Positions 32,476-42,382 of a stretch of DNA of 64,000 bases are shown here, piece by piece. The notes under the pieces were generated by a model. The model was not told where the DNA came from. It searched no databases and was given only the letters and a program-made list of their open reading frames with translations. The first letter of the stretch is position 1. Each line of letters begins with the position of its first letter. This DNA comes from an uncultured delta proteobacterium (GTDB taxonomy: Bacteria > Myxococcota_A > Polyangia > Fen-1088), in contig CAVWIP010000001.1 of assembly GCA_963755125.1 (NCBI GenBank), positions 64,001 to 128,000 on the forward strand, written 5' to 3'. Both the position numbers and the translations under genes were made by a program.

Positions 32476-35448
32476 ATGCGCAGCGACGCGCTCGATGATG
32501 AAATGCCAGAGGACGCAAGTCGAGCCGATGAGTTCCATCGGCTCGAGCACAGCTACGTGCGCGAGGAGCGCTGGGAGGACCTGGCCGGCCTGCTGATCGA
32601 GCGTACCGAGAGTACCGAGGATGCTGCCGAGCGCGCGGGCCACCTGAGGCGCGCCGCACAGATCTTCGAAACCAATCTCGCCGATCCGGATCGCGCGTTC
32701 ATCACCCTGCTGGCCGCGTTTCAGGAGGATCCCTCTAACCAGGAACTGGCCGACGATCTGGCGCGCGTGGCCACCACCCACAACCGCTGGCAGGACTTGC
32801 TGGCCGAGTGCAATAGCTTGGCGGCCGAGATTGCGCCGGAGCCCAAGCGTGCCGACATCCTGGTTGCCATGGCAGGGTGGTACCAGCGTGAGCTGGACGA
32901 CACCGCGGCGGCAGGGCATTCGCTGGAAGCGGCCATAGCGGCCGATCCCGCCAACCCCGCGGCGTTGCGTTCACTGATCGCACTGCACGGCCAGCGTGGC
33001 GACTGGTCCCGCGCGGCGGCCTATCTGGCCTCTGCCTCAGCCAACACGTCCGATCCGCTGGCGCGCGTGCAGTTTGCGTTTGAAGCCGCGGAGATCTATC
33101 GCAACCGGCTCGACGACCTGGATGGGGCTGCGGAACAGTACGGTCGTGTGCTGGAGTTCTCCCCCGGCCATCCTCAAGCCACTGCCGCGACGGCTGACAT
33201 CGCGTGGGGCCGCAAGGATTGGGCTCGGGCGTTGCCGTTGCTGGAGACACTGGCCGAGGCGGCCGAACAGACACTTGAACCCAGGGCGCGGCTCTGGCAG
33301 CGGGCGGGCTGGTCAGCTCAGATGACCGGCGACGTCGAACGGGCGCGGGTCAACTACCGGCGCGCATACGTGGCCGAGCCCGGGTATCTGCCAACCCTGC
33401 TGTGCTGGTCGCAACTCGCGCAGGCCCAGGGGTGGTGGCAGGACGTCCGCACTACGGTGCCCTTGGTTCTCGCCCAGAGCGAAGCCAAGCTGACCGCGGT
33501 CGATCGCGCCGAGCACCTGCTGGCGCTGGGCCAAGCCCACATGGAACTGGGGGACGCCGGCGCGGCCGCGGCGGAGTTCATGAAGGCCATCGAGTTGGCG
33601 CCCGATCTGCCCGAGTTGCGCGAGGCGCTGGCCGAGGCCAACTCGAAGATGGTGGGGCGGGGACCGGCCGATGCTGCCGCGCTCATCGAGCAGCAACGTG
33701 TGCTGCTCGCGGGGGCCGCGTCACCCGACGAGCGCTTCGAGATTCTGTGCCGCATCGGCCAGCTTCAACGTGAGGAGTTGAACGATCAGCGGGCCGCCCG
33801 CGAGACCTACCTGCAAGCGATCGAGCTGCGTCCCCATGATCCGGAAACGCTGCACGAGCTGATGGAAATCTACACGCTCGAAGAAGAGTGGACGCGCGCC
33901 GTGGATGTGCTGGAGCAGCTGGTGGCGTGCGAGTCGGGCAAGGACAAGGCCCGCTACCTGGTTGCGATGGCCAACATCCTGAACTACGAGTTGGAATCCC
34001 CGGTCGAGGCCGTCGCACTCTACAATCAGGCCCTCGACGAGGATCCGGACGATCGCCGCAGCTTCGAGCGCATCGAGCGCATCCTCACCAAGCGGCAAGA
34101 CTGGGGTGAGTTGGCGCGCGCCTACCGGCACATGATCAAGCGTCTGGGCGCTTCCCCGCCGGCCGACAAGCGCTCCTTGCTGTTGGCCCTGTGGCGCGGC
34201 TTGGCCGAGATCTCCCGGGTTCGCCAGGCGGACATGGCGGCCGCGGCGGCGGCCTACGAAGTCTGCGTGTCGCTGGCGCCAGACGATCAAAGCCAGCGCG
34301 AGGCGTTAGTTGAGGTCTATGAGGCCCAGGGGGCGGAAGGGGTTGCCGGGGCGGTCAAGGTGCGGGAGCAGCTTCTGGCGGCAGCCAGTGATGCCGAGGG
34401 AGCCGCCAAGCAGATCCGGGCCTTGGCCCGACTGTACAGCGAGCACCGACGCTACGATCGCGCCTTCTGTGCCTGCGCAGCGTTGTGCGGCCTGATGAAG
34501 GCGAATGCCCAGGAGAAGGCGCTGTACGGCCAGCACGCGTTGCCGGGCGTGCCCTTGGCTCAAGCCGTATTGAGCGAGGGCCTGTGGCAGGGCTGGGTGT
34601 GCAGCCCACGGCAGGACCGGCGCATCTCCCAGGTACTGGCCGCCGTGAGCGGGGGCGTCGCGATGTCGCGGGCCAAGCCGGCGCAGGCCTTCGGGCTCGA
34701 CGTGAGTCAGCGGGTCGATCTGGCCCGTGACAACTCCTCGGTGTCACAAATTCTGGCATATGTCAGCCGACTCATCGGTGTGCCCTTGCCCGCGGTCTAT
34801 GTTTCGCCGACCGCGCCAGACGAGATCGATCTGGTGATCCTGCTGGAGGGCAACCAGGTGGTTCCGGCGTTCGTCCTCGGGCCAGGACTGGTATCGGGTC
34901 GGACCGATCGCGAACTGGCTTTCCGCCTCGCGAAGAGACTGGTAGGTCTGCGTGCTGATCATTTTCTGCTGTGGCCGCAGGTGGTGCCGACACAGGCCGA
35001 GTTGCGCATCATCCTGGCTGCGGCGATCAAGCTGTTGCGGCCCGAGTTCGACCTGCCGGGCACGGATGCGGTTGCCGTGCGCAAGTACGTCGCTTTCCTG
35101 CACAAGGCTTTGCCCCAGTCGCAGTGGATATCGATGAACTCGGCGGTCGAGCAGTTGGTGAGCGACCCGGCTTCCATCGATTTTTGCGCATGGGCCGCCG
35201 CGGCCGAGGAGAACGCAAACCGGGCTGGGTTGCTCGCCTGCGGTGACGTGGTGGCCGCCGCGCGCGAGCTGGTGAAGGAGGCGCGCGCGCGCCGGGAACG
35301 ACCAGAGGAGGCCATCCTGGGTCTGGCGCGCTGGAGTGTGACGACCCAGCACCTCGAACTGCGTGAGCAGCTCGGCCTGGCGTTGGTTGTCGATGCGAAC
35401 GCCGTCGACACAGCTCGGCTTTCGTTGCGCAACGGCCGGCGGACGTAG
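32476..35448 (+). CDS. Large TPR-repeat protein with degenerate M48-peptidase-like C-terminal domain
   Basis: Many helical TPR-like repeats (A...Y..AL..DP); C-terminal ELAFRLAKRL...ANRAGLLACGD. Confidence 0.8.
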   Translation: MRSDALDDEMPEDASRADEFHRLEHSYVREERWEDLAGLLIERTESTEDAAERAGHLRRAAQIFETNLADPDRAFITLLAAFQEDPSNQELADDLARVATTHNRWQDLLAECNSLAAEIAPEPKRADILVAMAGWYQRELDDTAAAGHSLEAAIAADPANPAALRSLIALHGQRGDWSRAAAYLASASANTSDPLARVQFAFEAAEIYRNRLDDLDGAAEQYGRVLEFSPGHPQATAATADIAWGRKDWARALPLLETLAEAAEQTLEPRARLWQRAGWSAQMTGDVERARVNYRRAYVAEPGYLPTLLCWSQLAQAQGWWQDVRTTVPLVLAQSEAKLTAVDRAEHLLALGQAHMELGDAGAAAAEFMKAIELAPDLPELREALAEANSKMVGRGPADAAALIEQQRVLLAGAASPDERFEILCRIGQLQREELNDQRAARETYLQAIELRPHDPETLHELMEIYTLEEEWTRAVDVLEQLVACESGKDKARYLVAMANILNYELESPVEAVALYNQALDEDPDDRRSFERIERILTKRQDWGELARAYRHMIKRLGASPPADKRSLLLALWRGLAEISRVRQADMAAAAAAYEVCVSLAPDDQSQREALVEVYEAQGAEGVAGAVKVREQLLAAASDAEGAAKQIRALARLYSEHRRYDRAFCACAALCGLMKANAQEKALYGQHALPGVPLAQAVLSEGLWQGWVCSPRQDRRISQVLAAVSGGVAMSRAKPAQAFGLDVSQRVDLARDNSSVSQILAYVSRLIGVPLPAVYVSPTAPDEIDLVILLEGNQVVPAFVLGPGLVSGRTDRELAFRLAKRLVGLRADHFLLWPQVVPTQAELRIILAAAIKLLRPEFDLPGTDAVAVRKYVAFLHKALPQSQWISMNSAVEQLVSDPASIDFCAWAAAAEENANRAGLLACGDVVAAARELVKEARARRERPEEAILGLARWSVTTQHLELREQLGLALVVDANAVDTARLSLRNGRRT

Positions 35449-35566
35449 GGGCGACCTGCGCTTTGCTGCACGATGTGTGGAATGGGCGGCCGACGGTCGC
35501 CTCGGCGACCTCAACGAAATGGACGTTGGCCCTGGGGACGGCTAACGTCGTGCACAGAGCAGCAGC

Positions 35567-37180
35567 GTGTCCAGCGCACTTCGTTCTTCGGCCAATGTGA
35601 GCGTGGCAATCCTTGTGTCGCGGGTGCTGGGCGTCGTGCGCGATTCCCTCTTTGCGCGAGTATTTGGTGTCAGCGGGCTGACCGACGCCTACGTGGCGGC
35701 GTTCCGCATCCCCAACCTGCTGCGCGATCTCTTCGCCGAGGGCGCGCTGTCGAGCGCGTTCGTCCCGACTTTCTCCGATGCGCTGAACAAGGGCGGACGA
35801 GAACGCGCCTTCAGACTCGGCAATCTGGTTCTGGGCGGTGTGCTGGCCGTCACGGGGGGACTGACCTTGGCTGGAATCGTGTTTGCCGACGACCTGGTGT
35901 CGCTCATCTCGCGCGGCTTTGGCGGCAACGCGGCCCAGGTCGCTCTGGGCGGTCTGCTGGCGCAGATCATGATGCCAATCCTGGCCATGGTCAGCGTCAG
36001 CGCCGTGTGGATGGGCATGTTGAATGCCCAGCACCACTACCTTGCCCCCGCCTATGCGCCGGCCATGTTCAACGTGACCAGCATCCTGTGCGGCATGGCT
36101 CTGCTCATCGTGCACCCGGCTGATCGCAGCGGCATGATCGTGTGGAGCGCGGGAACCGCCGCCTCGGGCCTGGTGCAGGCGGTGGTGCAACTGCCCAGCC
36201 TGTGGCGGATGGGCTACCGCGTTCGGCCGACTTTGGTCGGGCTGTGGCGCGACTCCGACGTGATCCGAATCGTGCGTCTGATGGGGCCGGCCACGGTCGG
36301 CCTGGCTGCGGTGCAGATCAATATCTTTGTCAACACGCAGTTCGCCGCAGCCCTGGGGTCGGGGCCGCTCACCTACTTGCAGAACGCGTTTCGCCTGTTC
36401 TATCTGCCAGTCGGGCTTTTTGGTGTGGCGCTGGCCACCGTGACCACGGCACGCGCTTCGCAGGAAGCGGCCCGCGGGGATCGCGAGGCGTTGCAGGCGC
36501 GCGTGGCCGAGGGAGCGCGGGGCGTGTGGTTGCTGGCCTTGCCTAGCGCGGTGGGGCTCATCGTCCTGGCCAGGCCGGTCGTCGAGTTGCTCTTTCAGGG
36601 TGGCAAGTTCGTGGCGGCCAACACTGCGGCCACCGTGCCCATCGTGCAGGCGTACATGCTGGGGGTGTTGCCCTACAGCTTGGTGAAGGTTCTGTCGCCG
36701 GCGTTCTTCACGGTTGACCGGCCTCGCATCCCCATGGTCGCTTCGATGGTGTCGGTGGTGGCCAATCTCCTGTTCAACGGGCTCACCTACCGTCGGCTGG
36801 GGGCGGCCGGGCTGGCCCTGGGCACCACTATCGGAGCGCTGGTCAATCTGGCGGTCCTGCGGCTCTGCTTCGGCCAAGTTATCGGCCGCGCATCGCGTCC
36901 GGGTCGCTGGTATGAAGCTCTCCGGATGGTCCTTTGCAACGTCGCACTTGCGGCCGTCGCGGCAGCGGCCTGGTGGGGCAGTTCTTGGTTACTCGCCCAC
37001 GCTGGTATCGCGTGGCCCTGGGGAACTCGGCGTCTGGCCCACGCCTTTCTGCTCTTTGCCACCATCGGCGCAGGATTCGTCAGCTACGGTCTTGGCCTGA
37101 AGCTGCTGCGCCTGCCCGGCGCGGACGAGCTGTGGGAGTTGCCCAAGCGGATTTTCGCTCGGCTACGAGGAACTCGCTGA
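35567..37180 (+). CDS. murJ: Lipid II flippase MurJ (MviN)
   Basis: SRVLGVVRD, AFRIPNLLRDLFAEGALSSAFVP, RLFYLPVGLFGVA; multiple TM helices. Confidence 0.96.
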   Translation: MSSALRSSANVSVAILVSRVLGVVRDSLFARVFGVSGLTDAYVAAFRIPNLLRDLFAEGALSSAFVPTFSDALNKGGRERAFRLGNLVLGGVLAVTGGLTLAGIVFADDLVSLISRGFGGNAAQVALGGLLAQIMMPILAMVSVSAVWMGMLNAQHHYLAPAYAPAMFNVTSILCGMALLIVHPADRSGMIVWSAGTAASGLVQAVVQLPSLWRMGYRVRPTLVGLWRDSDVIRIVRLMGPATVGLAAVQINIFVNTQFAAALGSGPLTYLQNAFRLFYLPVGLFGVALATVTTARASQEAARGDREALQARVAEGARGVWLLALPSAVGLIVLARPVVELLFQGGKFVAANTAATVPIVQAYMLGVLPYSLVKVLSPAFFTVDRPRIPMVASMVSVVANLLFNGLTYRRLGAAGLALGTTIGALVNLAVLRLCFGQVIGRASRPGRWYEALRMVLCNVALAAVAAAAWWGSSWLLAHAGIAWPWGTRRLAHAFLLFATIGAGFVSYGLGLKLLRLPGADELWELPKRIFARLRGTR

Positions 37181-37843
37181 CTACGTCGACCCCTCTTTGG
37201 TCCCGTTGGTTTCATCCGCGACGCTCATCGCTGCGGTCGTGCGCCGATTCGAGATGAGGCGGGGCAATTCGGCTAGGGCTTGCTCCAGCGTCACAGGCTC
37301 GTCGGGGGCTCGCTGCAAGAGGGACTCTATCTCCTCGGCGCCGCCTGCCAGCATGCGGGCGCGATCCGATGCCCGTCGCACCGATGCGTCGTCTGCCCAT
37401 TGGTCCACGTCGTCGGGGCTGGGTGATGTCACCGTACCTCGCGCGGCCGGCGACTCTCCGCTTGGCTGCCGGGGCACGACGATGGGCACGCCACTTGAGG
37501 GGCTGGGCCGTGAGGTGGTCTTTTTCTCCAGCAGCCGCTCAAGCAGGGGCTGGCATCCGGGATCGACGAACGTGAATTGCACGCCCATTCCATGGGCTCG
37601 GTGCGGCTCCGCTGGATTGAATTCGCGCACCCAAGTCACGCGACCTGAACCCCACAAGAGGGGAGGTCCCTGCGCCAGCGAAACCTCAAAACGGACAACC
37701 TCACCCACGGGCCGCGGTTTGCGGCTGGCCAGGAAAATTCCACCGCGGGTCACGTTGGGCGCAAAGCGCGCCACGAACGTGTCCACATCGGGGTAGCGCA
37801 GGTGAAGTCGCACCAGAGACGGAGAAGGGTCGCTCGTTGCCAC
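37181..37843 (-). CDS. TIGR02266-family PilZ-like protein
   Basis: LRYPDVDTFVARFAPNVTRGGIFL...VGEVVRFEV...GMGVQF; start uncertain (ORF extends to 37966). Confidence 0.75.
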   Translation of the reverse strand: MATSDPSPSLVRLHLRYPDVDTFVARFAPNVTRGGIFLASRKPRPVGEVVRFEVSLAQGPPLLWGSGRVTWVREFNPAEPHRAHGMGVQFTFVDPGCQPLLERLLEKKTTSRPSPSSGVPIVVPRQPSGESPAARGTVTSPSPDDVDQWADDASVRRASDRARMLAGGAEEIESLLQRAPDEPVTLEQALAELPRLISNRRTTAAMSVADETNGTKEGST

Positions 37844-37904
37844 GGGAAATCGAGTATCAGCCCCCGCGCTCAGGCGGTCAACCGGATCGGCATGGGAAAC
37901 CCCG

Positions 37905-38732
37905 TCAACCGGAAGGCGGTGCCAGGATGCTCCCGCCCGCCTGGGCCACGGCATCCGGCAAGGCAAACCGCCGTTGCGCGTTCTGGGTGGTGGCCTCGGC
38001 CGCGCGAGAAAACGGGATCCCGCGAATCGAGGCGAGCGTCTCCAATGTCTTGACCACCAAGGCGGGCTCGTTGCGCTTTGCGGGGTGCGGTCTGGGCGCC
38101 AGATAGGGCGCGTCGGTTTCTACCAGGATCGAGCCCAGCGGCGCATAGACAGCCACACGGCGGATCTCATCCGCGTTCTTGAAAGTCAGGATCCCCGAGA
38201 AGGAAAGGTCCAGTCCGAGATCGAGGTAGCCACGCGCATGGTCTAGCTTGCCGGAAAAGCAGTGCACCACACCGCCAGCTTCGCCCAGCGACTCCGCGCG
38301 CAGGATGGCGAGCGCATCCTCATGGGCATCGCGCACGTGGCAGATGAAGGGCCGGCGGGCCGACCGGCTGAGCGCAAGGAAACCCCGGAAGACATCGGCC
38401 TGCTTGTCGCGTGGCGCGCAATCATAGAAGTAGTCGAGCCCAGTTTCGCCAACACCGACCACTCGCGGGGCGCGGGCCAGCTTGTCGAGCACGGGCCACC
38501 AGTCATCTTCGATCTTGTCCGCGTGATGGGGATGGATTCCAACCGCCGCGAATACGTCCGGCTCTCGGGCGGCCAGCTCAACGGCCCGCTGTGCCGTCGC
38601 CAGATCCGAGCCGGAGCCGACGCAGATCATCGCGATCAGGCCAGCCTGGCGGGCCCGGTCCAAGACCGCAGGCACATCCTCGGCGAAGTGGTCGAAATCC
38701 ACGTGGCAGTGCGAATCGATGATGGGGACCAT
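37905..38732 (-). CDS. tatD: TatD-family hydrolase
   Basis: IDSHCH, GIHPH, GETGLDY, HVRDA, VHCFSG, ETDAPYL, RNEP. Confidence 0.94.
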   Translation of the reverse strand: MVPIIDSHCHVDFDHFAEDVPAVLDRARQAGLIAMICVGSGSDLATAQRAVELAAREPDVFAAVGIHPHHADKIEDDWWPVLDKLARAPRVVGVGETGLDYFYDCAPRDKQADVFRGFLALSRSARRPFICHVRDAHEDALAILRAESLGEAGGVVHCFSGKLDHARGYLDLGLDLSFSGILTFKNADEIRRVAVYAPLGSILVETDAPYLAPRPHPAKRNEPALVVKTLETLASIRGIPFSRAAEATTQNAQRRFALPDAVAQAGGSILAPPSG

Positions 38733-38746
38733 AGCCGTGGACGGCG

Positions 38747-40819
38747 CTACTGGCCGAGAGATCTCAAGGTCTGCGCAAGCTGGGCCAGCCCGGCGTCGGG
38801 ATTGGGACTGAGATCAACCCGTAGCACGCGGCGGCCATGCGCCTGCAACGCTTCCAGATCGCACAGGCACTGGGCGTCGCGCAGAACGCCGAAGGTGAAC
38901 GGCTCGTCGGCAACGGGCAAGTCGGCCGTGACCGACGAGCACAGTTGCAGGAACACGCCGTTGCCCGCGCCGCCTTTGTGGAGTTGCCCGGCGGCATAGA
39001 GACAGCGCGGTCCGTAGCCCGCAGTGGTCGCAAGACGAAGCCGCTCACCACATAGCGTTCGGATGGTACCCAGCAAGACATCACGCTCAGGGGTGGGCTG
39101 GAAGTAGGCGCCTATGGCGAGGTAGTCACCGGGCTTGGCCGCTGCCAGGTGCTTCACGATGGCTGCGTCGGCAGCATCCACCACGCCGGCCGCGACGGGC
39201 AGCTTGCCCGTCTGGCGATAGCAATCGAGCAAGCGGGTGAGGGCTTGCCTCGAGTCGACGGCTTCGGGCTCGTCAAAAGGATTGACTTCGAGCAGGCTGG
39301 CCGCGACGGCAGTGGCGAACTCCCAGCGAAAGAACTCGGCGCCCAGGTCGTATTTGTCGCCCAGATCGATCTCGTAGACCGGATGCCCGGCGGTAATGAT
39401 GGCTTCCAGTTGTTCGGGCTGCAGAGCAGGCGCTCCACCGCGCAACCGCAGCACGACAAAGAAGCGATCCGAACGGTAGCCCGACGGCGCGAAAGGCGGC
39501 TCGCCCTCCACCGGCACGATACCGCGTCCTTGCTTGCCGGTTGCGCCAGCGACGAGCTGCTCGATCCACGCGCCCAGCGGCGCCAGCTCGGGCGACAGGA
39601 ACAAGGTCAGCTTGTCGCGGCCGATGGCGGCCAGCGCGCCCATGAGCGTTCCGAGCGTCAGACCGGGGTTCTGCGTCGGCTCCCGGCAGGCCGCGGCCAT
39701 ACCCTTACCGCGCGCCACCAGCCGGCCCAGGTCGACGCCCATCAGGGCCGCCGGGACCAGACCAAAGCCGGCCAGCGCGGAGAAGCGGCTGCTGATGTCG
39801 GGCGGGTTGCTGAACAGACGACGGTAATGGTTGGCCGAGGCTCGCTTGGCGAGATCGGTGTCGACGTCGGTGATGGCTGCGAAGTGCTGGCCAGCCCGAC
39901 CGGCGTCGCCGCCCCAGTGCTGCAACAGCTTGGTCCAGAAGTACCGCTCGAACGCACACACCTCGGGGGTGCTGCCAGACTTGGAAGCGACCAGGAACAG
40001 CGTGCGATCGAGGTCGAGCGAGTTTTCGACCGCCAGCACGGCGGCTGGATCGGTACAGTCGAGAACGAACACGTTGAGCCAGCCCGCAACCGGCCCAAAC
40101 ACTCGCGCCAGTACTTCGGCAGGCAGCGCGCTGCCCCCCATGCCCAGCAGCACGGCACGCCGGAATCCCGCCTTGCGAACCTCGTCCGCAAAGGCTGTGA
40201 TACTCGGCAGTTCACCTTCCATGTCGCGAGGGGCGTCGAGCCAGCCGAGGTTGTCGCTGGATCCTTGGGCGGAGATCGCAGTGGGTACAAAGGTGGCGGG
40301 ATCTTTGGCCCAGATGCTGGCCGGAATGCCCCTGGCAGCCAGACGAAGTTGCTCGCTCTCGACGAGAAAGTTGAGGGCTGCTGCGGTCTCCATGGCCGAG
40401 ATCTTGGCGATGCGACGACCGTGGCGGCCGCCGGCGAAGCCGGTGGACAGCCATGTGTCGACGATCTCGCAGGCATCGCTTTCCGCCAGAAGGCGGCCGC
40501 CGAGGCAGAGCACGTTGGTGTTGTTGTCGAAACGCGAAAGGCGCGCGGCCTCGACGCTGGTGGGGGCAAAAGCCCGGATGCCGCGCACCTTCCCCGCCGC
40601 GATGGCGGTGCCATGCCCGGTGGCACACACCAGCACCCCGACCGACCCGACATCGCTGTGTACGGCATTGGCCACCAGGGCGGCGAATTCTGGGTAGTCG
40701 CACGCGGCTTCCGAATTGGTGCCGAAATCCACCACCTCGTGGCCCTGGTTGCGCATTCGCTCGACCAGCTTGTTGCGCAGGGCGAAGCCCGCATGATCGC
40801 ATCCTGTGTAGATCTTCAC
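38747..40819 (-). CDS. RpiB/LacA/LacB sugar-phosphate isomerase fused to a degenerate glucose-6-phosphate-isomerase-like domain
   Basis: N-terminal GCDHAG, DYPE, CATG, GGRHGRR; C-terminal LGMGGS, VASKSGST, AAITD, EFFRWEFATA, NPFD. Confidence 0.85.
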   Translation of the reverse strand: MKIYTGCDHAGFALRNKLVERMRNQGHEVVDFGTNSEAACDYPEFAALVANAVHSDVGSVGVLVCATGHGTAIAAGKVRGIRAFAPTSVEAARLSRFDNNTNVLCLGGRLLAESDACEIVDTWLSTGFAGGRHGRRIAKISAMETAAALNFLVESEQLRLAARGIPASIWAKDPATFVPTAISAQGSSDNLGWLDAPRDMEGELPSITAFADEVRKAGFRRAVLLGMGGSALPAEVLARVFGPVAGWLNVFVLDCTDPAAVLAVENSLDLDRTLFLVASKSGSTPEVCAFERYFWTKLLQHWGGDAGRAGQHFAAITDVDTDLAKRASANHYRRLFSNPPDISSRFSALAGFGLVPAALMGVDLGRLVARGKGMAAACREPTQNPGLTLGTLMGALAAIGRDKLTLFLSPELAPLGAWIEQLVAGATGKQGRGIVPVEGEPPFAPSGYRSDRFFVVLRLRGGAPALQPEQLEAIITAGHPVYEIDLGDKYDLGAEFFRWEFATAVAASLLEVNPFDEPEAVDSRQALTRLLDCYRQTGKLPVAAGVVDAADAAIVKHLAAAKPGDYLAIGAYFQPTPERDVLLGTIRTLCGERLRLATTAGYGPRCLYAAGQLHKGGAGNGVFLQLCSSVTADLPVADEPFTFGVLRDAQCLCDLEALQAHGRRVLRVDLSPNPDAGLAQLAQTLRSLGQ

Positions 40820-40852
40820 GGCGCCTTCTTTTCTTGCTATCCCAAGTTGAGC

Positions 40853-41626
40853 ATGAAGATCGCAACCTGGAACGTCAACTCCATTCGCGCGCGCATGGAG
40901 CGGCTGCGCGCGTGGCTGGCCGCGCGGGCGCCCGAGGTGCTTTGCCTGCAGGAAACCAAGGTCGAAGACAAGGAGTTTCCCCTGCTGGAACTGGAGTCAC
41001 TGGGCTATCGGGTGGCAGCGCACGGCCAGAAGACCTACAACGGCGTGGCCGTGCTGGCGCGCCAGCCGCTTGCCGACATCGTGCGGGGCTTCGGCGATGG
41101 GGTCGAGGATGCGCAGGCTCGCTTTCTCATGGTTCGTGTGGGCGCGGTTCGTGTGGGCAGTCTCTACGTGCCCAACGGGCAGGCGGTGGGGACGGACAAG
41201 TTCGCGTACAAGCTCGCATGGCTGCAGCGCTGGCGAGACTGGCTTGCGAGAAACGCCGACGCCAGCCAGTCGCTGGTCCTTTGCGGCGATCTCAATGTCG
41301 CGCCGGAGGACCGGGACGTTCACGATCCCGATGCTTGGCGTGATCGGGTGATGTGCCATCCCGACGAGCGGGCCGCCTTGGCCGAGATCCGTCGCTGGGG
41401 CCTGGTGGACGCGTTCCGCCAGCTTCATCCTGAGCCGGGTCAGTACACTTGGTGGGACTACCGCCAGCTCAGCTTTCCCAAGGATCGGGGGCTGCGCATC
41501 GATCACATCCTGTGCACCGAAGCGATGGCCGCGCGCTGCCGATCCGTGGTCATCGATCGCGACGCACGCAAGGGTCAGACGCCCTCGGATCACGCGCCAG
41601 TGGTCGCGGAGTTTGCTGATCTGTGA
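40853..41626 (+). CDS. xth: Exodeoxyribonuclease III
   Basis: MKIATWNVNSIR, LQETK, YNGVA, YVPNG, GDLNVAP, YTWWDYR, RIDHIL, SDHAPV. Confidence 0.96.
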   Translation: MKIATWNVNSIRARMERLRAWLAARAPEVLCLQETKVEDKEFPLLELESLGYRVAAHGQKTYNGVAVLARQPLADIVRGFGDGVEDAQARFLMVRVGAVRVGSLYVPNGQAVGTDKFAYKLAWLQRWRDWLARNADASQSLVLCGDLNVAPEDRDVHDPDAWRDRVMCHPDERAALAEIRRWGLVDAFRQLHPEPGQYTWWDYRQLSFPKDRGLRIDHILCTEAMAARCRSVVIDRDARKGQTPSDHAPVVAEFADL

Positions 41627-41840
41627 CGAGGGCGCGTGCTGACCGGCGGTTCGCGGTGAACTAGGCGACCCTCCAAGTTTGGCCTTCTCGCCGAATCGCG
41701 ACCCCGGCCAAAGCGCGTTGGCGTAGACTCTCCTCCATGCTGCAGGGGAGGCGCCGAAGACTTCCAAGTGCTGCAGGTTGATGCTGGTTTCTCAGCCCCT
41801 GAGCAGCTCATGAACTATTATTGCGCAAACCATCCCGCGC

Positions 41841-42212
41841 GTGGTGGGGTGTGTTGCGGTGGCGCTGGTGGCACTCTGGGTTCGAGCAGCCCTGAACGTC
41901 GGCGTACTCCGCCATCCTCGGCCTCGGAAACGGTTGGCTCTGGCGATTGGCCTCTCAATAACTGAAGCACCCTCGACCGCGCAAGGTCGCGCCGCGGTTG
42001 GCCGGGCGCGCATCCGCATGTCTTGTTCGTTGATTCTGTTCTTTGGACTGCATCTCACGGGTCTGTGGGTCGTACAGAAGAATAACCAAGACACTGAGAG
42101 ATGGCTCCGTGAGTGGACGGCCGCAAGAAGCCAGGACTTCAATCGACGTTCAACCCGTTCGGCGCGACCGCGTGCGCGGCCAGACGCCTCAATCAGTCCC
42201 ATCCAGAAGTAA
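41841..42212 (+). CDS. Possible small membrane protein or gene relic
   Basis: 123 aa ORF with hydrophobic stretches in a region of atypical composition; no motif recognised. Confidence 0.3.
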   Translation: MVGCVAVALVALWVRAALNVGVLRHPRPRKRLALAIGLSITEAPSTAQGRAAVGRARIRMSCSLILFFGLHLTGLWVVQKNNQDTERWLREWTAARSQDFNRRSTRSARPRARPDASISPIQK

Positions 42213-42235
42213 GCGAGGCGCGAGAGCGGGCGGCA

Positions 42236-42382
42236 GGGGGCGTAAGGAGCCGCTCCGAGCCTCGTCTGCGAGGCTCGGATGCCAGGCGATGATCGAGGAG
42301 GTCATGGACGCGCGCAGCGCGGCCGTTGACCTCCGTCCCCCGAGGAGCGCTCCTGTCCGACCGCCAGAGCCGAGCGCCCCCC
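42236..42382. repeat. Multi-hairpin intergenic element (MITE/REP-like; possible terminator between converging ORFs)
   Basis: Perfect 11 bp stem TCCGAGCCTCG/CGAGGCTCGGA (42254-42279), GGAGGTCA/TGACCTCC stem, and GGGGGCG/CGCCCCC ends. Confidence 0.5.

Noticed and set aside
39149..40852. Apparent 570 aa N-terminal extension of xth
   Set aside because: It is the antisense frame of the RpiB-PGI gene; xth begins at MKIATWNVNS (40853)
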